From Oscillospiraceae bacterium (lineage in GTDB: Bacteria; Bacillota; Clostridia; Oscillospirales; CAG-272): a DNA stretch of 41,652 nucleotides. The notes under the pieces were generated by a model. That model searched no databases. It worked only from the letters and a program-made list of their open reading frames with translations, and was not told the DNA's origin. Shown here in pieces: positions 15,092 through 23,819 of the stretch; the first letter of the stretch is position 1, and every line of letters begins with the position of its first letter. The stretch lies in assembly GCA_015064925.1 (NCBI GenBank), contig SVRH01000003.1, positions 1 to 41,652 of the forward strand, in the 5' to 3' direction. Both the position numbers and the translations under genes were made by a program.

Positions 15092-16450
15092 TTGAAATAT
15101 TCCTCTGAAGAACAACATCGAAAAATGACGGAAACTCCTATTCCGCGTCTTGTGCTTTCGCTCGCCATACCCACGGTACTCAGCCAGCTGGTAACGGTGA
15201 TCTATAACACGGCTGACACCTTTTTCGTTTCTAAATTGGGCAACAGCGCCTCGGCATCCGTGGGTGCAGTCTTCCCCGTCATGGCGTTCATCCAAGCCTT
15301 TGGCTTCGGCATCGGCATGGGCGGCGGCAGCCTGGTCAGCCGCCATTTGGGAGCCAAGCAAAACAAAGAAGCCGAAAAGACGGCCGTCAGCGCGCTGGTC
15401 TTTGCCGTGACCCTCGGTATTCTGATGCTGCTTGGCGGTATATTTGCCATTGAACCGCTCATGGACGTACTGGGCGTCAGCAACACCATGCGTCCCTATG
15501 CCATCGATTACTGCCGCATTATCATGATGGGTGCCCCATTCATGTGTGCCTCCTTTGTGCTCAACAATCTCCTGCGTGCAGAGGGAGCCGCAGTGCTTTC
15601 CATGATCGGGCTTTGCTCCGGCGGGCTTCTCAATCTCATTCTGGACCCACTCTTCATTTTCGCGTTTGACATGGGAATCGCGGGAGCGGCGCTTGCCACG
15701 GTGATCAGCCAATTCGTGGGACTCTCCATCCTGTTTTCCGCCTTTTTCCTTGGCAAGAGCATCGTCCCCCTACGGCCAAGCGAGATCAGTCGCAGCTGGC
15801 GCGATTACGCGCTGATCCTGCGCACGGGACTTCCCACCATCGCGCGCCAAGGCATTGCCAGCCTTGCGGGGATCCTACTCAACAATCAGCTTACCCCCTA
15901 CGGGGACGCCGCCATGTCTGCCATCATCAGCATCACCAACAAGGTCTATATGCTCATGCGAAACATCGTCATCGGCATCGGTCAGGGCTTTCAGCCGGTG
16001 GCGGGCTACAATTACGGTGCAGGCAAGCATGACCGCGTAAAGGAAGCGTTCCGTTTTGCCACCATTCTCGGTACTGTTGTTTGTACCGTCAGCGCCATAC
16101 TTGTGGCGATCTTTGCTCCTACCATCGTTAAATGGTTCCGAAACGACCCGGACGTCATCCGCATCGGAGTGCGCTCTCTTCTATTCTGCTGCGCCGTGAC
16201 GCCGCTCATGGCATACTCCACCTTCGTCAATCAGCTGTTGCAAGGGCTTGGCTTTGCAAAGCAGGCAACGCTGCTTGCCATGTGCCGACAGGGCTTCTGC
16301 TATCTGCCCCTAATCCTACTTTTACCGCAGTGCATCGGACTTACGGGTGTACAACTCTCTCAACCGATCTCCGATCTGCTGACCTGTCTCATCGCACTTC
16401 CCTGCCAGATCCACTTCTTTAAAAAGCATTTGTCACAACAAACGCTGTAA
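15092..16450 (+). CDS. MATE-family efflux transporter
   Basis: IYNTADTFFVS, NLILDPLFIF...GIAGAALATVISQ and QPVAGYNYGA motifs. TTG start at 15092 behind GAAAGGA; the ORF-track start at 14987 lies upstream of the promoter. Confidence 0.9.
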   Translation: MKYSSEEQHRKMTETPIPRLVLSLAIPTVLSQLVTVIYNTADTFFVSKLGNSASASVGAVFPVMAFIQAFGFGIGMGGGSLVSRHLGAKQNKEAEKTAVSALVFAVTLGILMLLGGIFAIEPLMDVLGVSNTMRPYAIDYCRIIMMGAPFMCASFVLNNLLRAEGAAVLSMIGLCSGGLLNLILDPLFIFAFDMGIAGAALATVISQFVGLSILFSAFFLGKSIVPLRPSEISRSWRDYALILRTGLPTIARQGIASLAGILLNNQLTPYGDAAMSAIISITNKVYMLMRNIVIGIGQGFQPVAGYNYGAGKHDRVKEAFRFATILGTVVCTVSAILVAIFAPTIVKWFRNDPDVIRIGVRSLLFCCAVTPLMAYSTFVNQLLQGLGFAKQATLLAMCRQGFCYLPLILLLPQCIGLTGVQLSQPISDLLTCLIALPCQIHFFKKHLSQQTL

Positions 16451-16485
16451 AACAAAAAAGAGTCCGAAAGGACTCTTTTTTGTTT
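16451..16485. terminator. Bidirectional terminator between MATE and the sugar operon
   Basis: AACAAAAAAGAGTCC-GAAA-GGACTCTTTTTTGTT. Confidence 0.85.
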
Positions 16486-16493
16486 GTATTGTA

Positions 16494-17549
16494 TTAGCCA
16501 ACGATACCGGAACGTTCGATACCCTGTACCAGGAATCTCTGGCAGAAGAGGTAAACGATCATCAGGGGAGCCATGATCAGGATACCTGCGGTATTCTTAA
16601 CAGCAGATGTCCAGTCACCGGTCGCTTTCGTAGGCCAGCCTGCTTCGGGAGTCAGCTTGGGCGGTACCTTTACGATGTCGGGCATCAGAGTCGGCTTTTC
16701 GCTGACACCGATGTAGAACAATTCGGTATAGAAGTTATCCGTCCACTGCCAAGAGAAGGCAAACAGGAATACGGTTACCATCATAGGCACGGAAAGGGGC
16801 AGAATGATGGTGAAGAAGGTTCTGAATACGCCCGAACCGTCGATGTAAGCGGATTCCTCCAGCTCGTCGGGAACGCCCTTGAAGAACTGTCTGAGCATGA
16901 AGATGTAAAGACCGTTCTTGAATGCAATGGCACCCAAAGACATCAGGTACAGAGGAGTATTCGTGTTCAGCAGGTTGATACCGGTTTCCGCGGTCAGTCC
17001 CAGCTTATTCAGCAGAGGATAGATACCTGCGATCTCATAGGAAGCAAAGTTCTGACGCATCGAGAAACGGAGCACGCCGTGAGGCACGACCATTGTCAGG
17101 ATGACGAGCATGAACAAGAACTTGTTACCCTTGAACTTAAACTTTGCAAAGCCGTATGCAACAAGGCAACAGCTGAATGCCTGAATGAGAGCTGCAGTCA
17201 AGCTAAGGACTGTCGTATTGATCAGAGCCTTGGTAAAGTCATTCTCGAGAATGATGTACTTGTACTGGTCAAGTGTAGGATTCTTGGAGATCAGCTTTAC
17301 CGTTACGTCTGTAATATCGCTGGGGCTCATGATAGAAGCCGCAAACTTCGCGATGAAGGGATAGATAATTACATACGAGATACCGACCAAGAGTACGAGG
17401 CGGAAAAGTTTGAAAATCGACAGGCCAAGGAAACGCCATGTGAGGTACTTGAGCTTAAAGCGGTCCCAACCGGAAACACGGTCAAATTCTACACGGATCT
17501 TATTCTTGGTTTCTTTTTTGATTTTCGGAGCAGTTGTCTGTTCGTTCAT
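16494..17549 (-). CDS. Carbohydrate ABC transporter permease (MalG-like)
   Basis: EAA loop FFKGVPDELEESAYIDGSG; C-terminal QRFLVQGIERSGIVG. Confidence 0.92.
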   Translation of the reverse strand: MNEQTTAPKIKKETKNKIRVEFDRVSGWDRFKLKYLTWRFLGLSIFKLFRLVLLVGISYVIIYPFIAKFAASIMSPSDITDVTVKLISKNPTLDQYKYIILENDFTKALINTTVLSLTAALIQAFSCCLVAYGFAKFKFKGNKFLFMLVILTMVVPHGVLRFSMRQNFASYEIAGIYPLLNKLGLTAETGINLLNTNTPLYLMSLGAIAFKNGLYIFMLRQFFKGVPDELEESAYIDGSGVFRTFFTIILPLSVPMMVTVFLFAFSWQWTDNFYTELFYIGVSEKPTLMPDIVKVPPKLTPEAGWPTKATGDWTSAVKNTAGILIMAPLMIVYLFCQRFLVQGIERSGIVG

Positions 17550-17568
17550 TATTTCCTTCCTCCTTTCA

Positions 17569-18564
17569 TCAGTCTCTTCTCTGATAGAAGATGTACGCGG
17601 ACAGTACCGCCGTTACAACGCCTATGATTGCAATTACGATTGCGAAATAGATCCATCCAAGCGTGGAGCTGAATGCACGGCTACCGGAGTTTGCGAAGTC
17701 GCCACCGTTGGTAGCAATATCGTAAATCTTGTTCATCATTGCATTTCCGCTTCCCGTGAAGGAGTCGATTACCGTGTAGATCGCATTTACCAGGATCATG
17801 GGGGAGATCATCGGGAAGGTGATCTTCCAGAAGGTCTCCCATGCGGTCGCACCGTCGATCGAGCAGGATTCGTAGATTGCAGGCGAAATAGACTGCAGAC
17901 CTGCCAGGAAGATAAGCATCTGTACACCGGAACGGTTGATGATACCGTAGATCTCGTTTACAAGACCGGTTACGTATTCAACAAGTCCGGTACCGATCTG
18001 CATGGAGCTGAACAGCTTTGCAATGTCAGCTGCACCGATGATGTCAGTGGCAGAAGAGCCGGTACTACCGGTGTTCACAGATTCTTCCATGTTACTGATA
18101 ATTCCACCCTCGGTATGGTTGATCTCATCGATCAGACCGGTGGACAGAATTACGGGGATGAAGAAGATCGCACGGAACGCTGCACGTCCCAGCATCTTCT
18201 GGTTCAGCATAACTGCCATAAACAGCGAGAAAATTACGATCGCAGGAATATCCAAAAGCAGATCCTTCAAGCTGCCGGTCAGCGTCTGAATAACGCCGGA
18301 GTTGGTCAAAACCGTCTTATAGTTTTCAATACCGACCCAGGTTGCGCGGTTACCGGTGTAGGAGTTAAAGCTGTAAATGATAGAGTCCTTGATTATGGGC
18401 AGATAGACGAGCACGAATCCCAGAACGAAGGGCAGCACGAACAACCATCCGGCCTTTGCCTTCTTCTTATCGAGGGATACGCTCTTGCGTCTCTTTGTCT
18501 TGGGCGCTGCCACTGCGGCGCCGCCTTCGACGGATGCGAGGCTAACTTTTCCCTTCTTTTTCAT
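17569..18564 (-). CDS. Carbohydrate ABC transporter permease (MalF-like)
   Basis: IFLAGLQSISPAIYESCSIDGATAWETFWKITFP; WVGIENY. Confidence 0.92.
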   Translation of the reverse strand: MKKKGKVSLASVEGGAAVAAPKTKRRKSVSLDKKKAKAGWLFVLPFVLGFVLVYLPIIKDSIIYSFNSYTGNRATWVGIENYKTVLTNSGVIQTLTGSLKDLLLDIPAIVIFSLFMAVMLNQKMLGRAAFRAIFFIPVILSTGLIDEINHTEGGIISNMEESVNTGSTGSSATDIIGAADIAKLFSSMQIGTGLVEYVTGLVNEIYGIINRSGVQMLIFLAGLQSISPAIYESCSIDGATAWETFWKITFPMISPMILVNAIYTVIDSFTGSGNAMMNKIYDIATNGGDFANSGSRAFSSTLGWIYFAIVIAIIGVVTAVLSAYIFYQRRD

Positions 18565-18569
18565 CTATC

Positions 18570-21500
18570 TCACTTCCTTTCAAGTACTTCATAGCTCATT
18601 GCGCCGATGATCACAGGCTTGCCGTCTTCGTATGCGCAAACGTCAAACGTGTTATAGTTGATCAGGATCACAACGTCATTCTTGCCGTCGCCGTCCTTAT
18701 CCCATCCGCAACGAACCACCGAGTTGTCAGACATGGTGTAGTTGGTTTCATTGTATACGCCGTCTTCACCAATAAAGTCTTCGGCTCTGGGAGTATACTT
18801 GCCGTCCTTATCGAAGGAGCCGTAACCCTTATAGGTTTCTGCAGTGAACAGTGCTTCTGCCTTGTAAAGGTCTTCTACTTCGATCATGTTTGCAACGGTT
18901 TCTGCACTGACACCAAATACGTCAGCCAGATCAGCAAGCATATTCTTCAGGTCGGTCTTTACCACGTTGAGAGCTTCCTTCTTGATCACAACGTTTTCTT
19001 CGTATCTGTTCAGCGCAGTCACCTGAGTGGTGAAGCTTGCTGCCATTTCGTTGAACGCTGTCAGCTCTTCAGCGGTATTCTGCTTAGTTGCAATCTTGTT
19101 TGCGAGTGCATTGATGATATCAACAGGAGTCTTTCCGGATGCATCCTTATCAAAGAAGTATGCCTTGTACTGTTCAACCAGCGTTTCAGCATTCTTCAGA
19201 GCCAGGTCAGCAGCCTTCAGGCTCGCATACATCTCAGCGATTGCTTCCACGGTTTCGAGCTTTTCGTTTTCATACTCAACCATTCCGGGGATGCGCTCAG
19301 CATTGATGTAATCGTGAGAATTGTAGTTCGCATTCTGCAGACCGCCGATGACACCGTTGACCTCGGTGTAAACGTCGATAATATCCTGCTTCCAGTGAGA
19401 ATAGGATACTGCATAATACTTAGACAGCAGACTGTTTTCCTTCAGAGCGGACTGGTTCTGATATGCCAGAACGAAGTAAGGAGCGGAACCGTTTTCAATG
19501 ATGCGCAGGATTTCTTCGTCCATGCTGCTTGCCATGTTGGTAGGCTTGCCCGCATAGCTGATGGCTCCGTGCAGCACCATCGAGAAGAAGGGAACAGATG
19601 CACTGGTAGCCATTCTTTCACTACCGATCAAAGACATATTCAGAATATGCTTTGCATAGGGCAGTGCGTAGCTGTTACCGCCGTCTGTCATAACGTTTCC
19701 GTTATAATCTGCCTTCATCTTTTCCAGTACCTGCTGAGTAAAGAGCTTGGTATCCTCGCGGTTGTAAGGATCATTCTTGTCAAAGTCGGAATTCAGGTCG
19801 GTACCCAAAGTGGATACGGAGATGCCGGTGGAACCGAGCTTCTTATCCTGAGCGCGGAAATGACTGTAGAAATAATCGTAAACAGAGGGAGATACCGCCA
19901 GCAGACCGGTGGAGGTAAACGACTGATAGGTGGGGTTGTAGGTCTTCTTTACAATGTAACGGCTGTCGATTGCCTTAACAGCGTGGTCGCTGTCGGAGTA
20001 ACCGTCGAACCAATCGTTCTTGTGCAGATAAGCAAAGTCATAATCGGTGTAAACGCTTGCACCGCTTTCGGTTGCATACTTCACAAAGTTCTTATAGCCC
20101 TTGTTGCCGCCCAGCACTTCCTGATAAGAAATGTCGTAAGGCATGGTAGGCGTCATACCGCCGTTGACGTAACCGGTCAGACGGTAGTGGATGTTCTTGA
20201 TACCTGCTTCATTCAGCTCCTTGGTCATGGTGGTCAGGTTCTTGAAGCTGGTCAGTGCTTCATCCCTGGTAATCGGGATGCTCATGAAGGTATCCGGAAC
20301 GGTTACGGAGCCAAGGGTTTCCAGATACAGAGGCAGCTGATTGGTAGTGTTCAGCTTGCTCAGCTGCTTGGTATCGACTTCCAGATACTTGCGGTATGCC
20401 TTTGCCATACCCGCATAGGATGCTTCGAAGTCGCTGCTTTCCTGATTGGAGAGCATATAGTACTGGATACGGTAACTACCGGTATACTTACGGTCAGATA
20501 CTACGGTGAACTTCGCATCGCCGCCGGTAGCGGTCAGAGCGCCGGTCAGCTCGTAGGTATCGGAGGGACGGGGGTTAACCGTCAGAGAGATAGAGTTATA
20601 CTTGTGCAGCTTACCGCCGTGCAGAGAGGTAACGGTACAGAGAGATTCACCCTCAGTGATGATACCTACAAATCCACGGGGGTCTTCCTGCTTGTAGGTG
20701 CCTGCAGGCTGTACGGGCTTCTTAACGCCGGTGGTATCCTTGTTGAACTTAACGGTAACGTTGCAGTATGCCTTATATACTTCGTTGCCATCTTCGTCCA
20801 CCAGGCTAACGTCCACACGGGTAGTACCGCTTGCCACAGCAGTCAGCTTGCCGCCTGCCTCTACCTTTACGATGTTGGTGTTGGCAGACTTGTATACCAG
20901 CTCGTCCTCACGTCCTGCGTACTCGCCAAGACCTGTGGGAACAATTACGCCGGTGAGCAGATCGTTCTCGATACCGACCAGAGTGATAACAGGCAGAAGC
21001 TCTGCTTCCACGTTCAGCAGCATCGGGATTTCCTCGTACTTGTCGATATGACAAGCCTTACAGCTAATGCGCTGCATACCCACGGTGTACTTGGTAGCGG
21101 GATAGATAACGGTTGTGGTGTTGTTATCCCATTCGTGATAGTCGCTGGTGGTGATACGGATGTGACCGCAGCCTGCGCAACGCTCTACCTTCACACCTGC
21201 GATCTGGTTCAGACAGTCACTGTGTACAGTATACTTCTTGATCTCGGTGTATCTGTGCTTGGGGTTCTTGGATACGACCTTGGTCTCGTTAACCTTTACC
21301 AGATGATACTCATCGATCATCTTAATAACTGCTTCGTTATTATCGTAAGAGGTTTCGCCACCCTCTTCCTTGGCAGTTGCGCTGGCATTCTTATCAGATG
21401 CTTCTGCCTCGAAGGTAACGCCGGGACGGTAGTCGGTGGAAACGCTGGGAGCGCCGTCCTTCATAGGCAGCTCATCTACCTTGAAGGTGGTGTTCACGTG

Positions 21501-23801
21501 TCCGCAGTCGGTACAAACGCCGCGGTGTGTTTCGGTCAGCTCGCCGGTTTCCTTGTCGTACATGATATCAGTGATCAGCACGTACTTGTGAGTTCCCTTG
21601 AGAACGATGTGCTTTTCTTCACCGTTGACGGTGAAGACCAAACGTCCATCCTGAGGAATGAACTCGGATTTGATGATTTCCTTGCCGTTGGCATCGAATT
21701 CACCGGTGGGGGTCTTGATTTCCTTACAGTAAGGAATCAGACCGAACTTATTCAGGTATTCGATCTTAACCTTGTTGCCGTCCTTATCGACCGCATTAAA
21801 GTCGATCACGTCGTTTACAACCAGATCCATGCCTACAAGGCGAACCACTGTGTTGCAGGTGGTACAGGTGACTTCCTGATGACCGGTGCTGCAGCTGGGG
21901 GCAACCTTGGTAAGGGTCAGGGTATGACCGGTAGGCGCGACTTCAATGATGATATCGGGATACTGTGCAGGATCGTATTCCTCACGGATCACGTTGCCCT
22001 GTGCATCCTTCTTATCGGTGCCGTCTTCGTTCTTGACAGCAGGAGGAGTGTACTTGTAAACATAGCTGCCGGCGGTTCCGCAGGTGGGATCCTTGCTGCT
22101 CTCTTTATCGAGAGTATAGGTGTCCTTGCCGTCCTCGCCGCGCTTGATGGTAGTGGTAGCAGCGTGTTTGCCGCAGAGCAGACAGTCCTTATGTCCGTTT
22201 TCGTCAGCCTCGCCGTACTTGTGTGCAGTACCGAGCTCGGTACCGTAGGTGTACTGGAATTCGCCGCACTCTTCGCAGACCTCTACGTCAACGCTTACGC
22301 TGGAGCAGGTTGCCGCACGCTTCAGCACGGTTACCTTCTTGAGCTTATCGCTGGGGTGGCTTGCGGGGATGGCAGCGCCCTTAAAGTATTCACCGCAGAT
22401 TTCGCAGTGCATCTTTTCGTAACCGGGCTTACTACAGGTTGCAGCATATTCGCTGTAATCGGCATCGGCACGGTTAAGCTCTACCTTAGTGCTGGTGGTG
22501 TGTGCACAGTACTCCTTGTTGGTGCCGTCCAGATAGTAACGGTAGAAGTTTTCTACCATACCGAATACGGGATAGCGCCAAATCTCCAGCTTACCGGTGT
22601 AGGAAGCGCTGAAGGTGTGATAGGAGTTGTCGGGTCCGTACAGATCGGAACCGAAGCTGTACTCGTTCTTACCGAGAGTATCCTCGAAGCGAATGATGGT
22701 ACCGGATCCGTCGGGAACCAGAGTGTAACCGTCATACTCGGAGGAGCCTGCGCCCATGTAGGGAAGCACAGTCACGGAGAGAAGTCTGAAATAGTCTTCA
22801 TTGAAGGTGATGGAGGAAGCGGGCAGACGAACGGTAAAGCCGTCGCTGGTCAGCTTGTATTCCAGAGCCATCTTAAACACAGGCAGAATCTGATTGCTAC
22901 CTACGTATTCGGTCAGCTCATGGTCGTATTCCAGCTCTTCAAAGTTGTACTTAGGAGCATACGCACGAATCCAACCTTCGATCAGGTTCTTTTCGTAGTT
23001 GGAGATCTTTTCGTCACAGACGTAGATCGCCATGTTTTTCTTTGCGATAACAGGATACTGAGCCTTCATGTTGTCAATGGCAGCCTGGCTGACATTGGGA
23101 TCGAAGGGGTCCTTCAGCATGTAGATACCGCCCTCTTTACTCATACGCTTATATGCGTTAACATCTTCAGCTTCGAGAATGAGATTCAGAATGTTCTCTT
23201 CATAACGAGACTTTTCGATGTTCATGGGAATGAGTCGACGGTTTGTACCGGCACCCATGATATACTCAACGCAAACACCGTTCTTGATGGCGGATACAAC
23301 GATCTGGTTGTTCATAGCCGCGTCGTTGTAGCTGTTCAAAGTGGTGGTTTCGCCGGTTTCAATGGTCTGGAAGGTTACGTACAGCTGAGAAGCGAGATTC
23401 ATGAATGTATCGTCTTCATCAGACTTTTCTTCCTCGGTCTTAGTGGAATACAGATAAGTGTCACGGGGGTTACTGAACATAACCTGACCGGTTGCCTTAT
23501 TCTTGATTGCCACTTCACCGGTTTCTTCCAGTGCGTACAGCACCAGACCTTCGGTCTCGGTACCGGTTTCGATGAAGGGCTTCATGGTGTGAAGCTTTTC
23601 TTCGTCGTTACCGTACTGCTGATGGAAGTAATACCAGGCATCCATTACAGTTACAGTCTCTTCTTCTGGTTCGGTGCCTTCTTCCGTTTCGTCGTCCGCA
23701 TGGACGGTCACGCCACCGGAGACCATCAGCAATGATGTCATGGTGCCTGCAATGGTGCAAAGCGCCAGAAGAAACGCAATCAGTTTTTTCATCTTGTTCA
23801 C
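18570..23801 (-). CDS. Large secreted DUF5696-like protein with internal Cys/His-rich repeats and Big_2-like Ig domain
   Basis: Signal peptide (MKKLIAFLLA...VHA). Motifs VLPYMGAG, GYTLVPDGSGTIIRF, YAGMAKAYRKYL, GGNSYALPYA, VPFFSMVLHG. Position in the SBP-permease-NHL-Yip1 operon is typical of DUF5696 proteins. Confidence 0.8.
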   Translation of the reverse strand: MNKMKKLIAFLLALCTIAGTMTSLLMVSGGVTVHADDETEEGTEPEEETVTVMDAWYYFHQQYGNDEEKLHTMKPFIETGTETEGLVLYALEETGEVAIKNKATGQVMFSNPRDTYLYSTKTEEEKSDEDDTFMNLASQLYVTFQTIETGETTTLNSYNDAAMNNQIVVSAIKNGVCVEYIMGAGTNRRLIPMNIEKSRYEENILNLILEAEDVNAYKRMSKEGGIYMLKDPFDPNVSQAAIDNMKAQYPVIAKKNMAIYVCDEKISNYEKNLIEGWIRAYAPKYNFEELEYDHELTEYVGSNQILPVFKMALEYKLTSDGFTVRLPASSITFNEDYFRLLSVTVLPYMGAGSSEYDGYTLVPDGSGTIIRFEDTLGKNEYSFGSDLYGPDNSYHTFSASYTGKLEIWRYPVFGMVENFYRYYLDGTNKEYCAHTTSTKVELNRADADYSEYAATCSKPGYEKMHCEICGEYFKGAAIPASHPSDKLKKVTVLKRAATCSSVSVDVEVCEECGEFQYTYGTELGTAHKYGEADENGHKDCLLCGKHAATTTIKRGEDGKDTYTLDKESSKDPTCGTAGSYVYKYTPPAVKNEDGTDKKDAQGNVIREEYDPAQYPDIIIEVAPTGHTLTLTKVAPSCSTGHQEVTCTTCNTVVRLVGMDLVVNDVIDFNAVDKDGNKVKIEYLNKFGLIPYCKEIKTPTGEFDANGKEIIKSEFIPQDGRLVFTVNGEEKHIVLKGTHKYVLITDIMYDKETGELTETHRGVCTDCGHVNTTFKVDELPMKDGAPSVSTDYRPGVTFEAEASDKNASATAKEEGGETSYDNNEAVIKMIDEYHLVKVNETKVVSKNPKHRYTEIKKYTVHSDCLNQIAGVKVERCAGCGHIRITTSDYHEWDNNTTTVIYPATKYTVGMQRISCKACHIDKYEEIPMLLNVEAELLPVITLVGIENDLLTGVIVPTGLGEYAGREDELVYKSANTNIVKVEAGGKLTAVASGTTRVDVSLVDEDGNEVYKAYCNVTVKFNKDTTGVKKPVQPAGTYKQEDPRGFVGIITEGESLCTVTSLHGGKLHKYNSISLTVNPRPSDTYELTGALTATGGDAKFTVVSDRKYTGSYRIQYYMLSNQESSDFEASYAGMAKAYRKYLEVDTKQLSKLNTTNQLPLYLETLGSVTVPDTFMSIPITRDEALTSFKNLTTMTKELNEAGIKNIHYRLTGYVNGGMTPTMPYDISYQEVLGGNKGYKNFVKYATESGASVYTDYDFAYLHKNDWFDGYSDSDHAVKAIDSRYIVKKTYNPTYQSFTSTGLLAVSPSVYDYFYSHFRAQDKKLGSTGISVSTLGTDLNSDFDKNDPYNREDTKLFTQQVLEKMKADYNGNVMTDGGNSYALPYAKHILNMSLIGSERMATSASVPFFSMVLHGAISYAGKPTNMASSMDEEILRIIENGSAPYFVLAYQNQSALKENSLLSKYYAVSYSHWKQDIIDVYTEVNGVIGGLQNANYNSHDYINAERIPGMVEYENEKLETVEAIAEMYASLKAADLALKNAETLVEQYKAYFFDKDASGKTPVDIINALANKIATKQNTAEELTAFNEMAASFTTQVTALNRYEENVVIKKEALNVVKTDLKNMLADLADVFGVSAETVANMIEVEDLYKAEALFTAETYKGYGSFDKDGKYTPRAEDFIGEDGVYNETNYTMSDNSVVRCGWDKDGDGKNDVVILINYNTFDVCAYEDGKPVIIGAMSYEVLERK

Positions 23802-23819
23802 TGTTTCTATCTCCTTTCT

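Noticed and set aside
19314-23735. 1473-aa plus-strand ORF and other long antisense ORFs (27903-30914, 24357-25970, 345-1838, 37772-39223, 35801-36931)
   Set aside because: Shadow ORFs antisense to well-supported genes, explained by codon bias. Their translations have no recognisable motifs.
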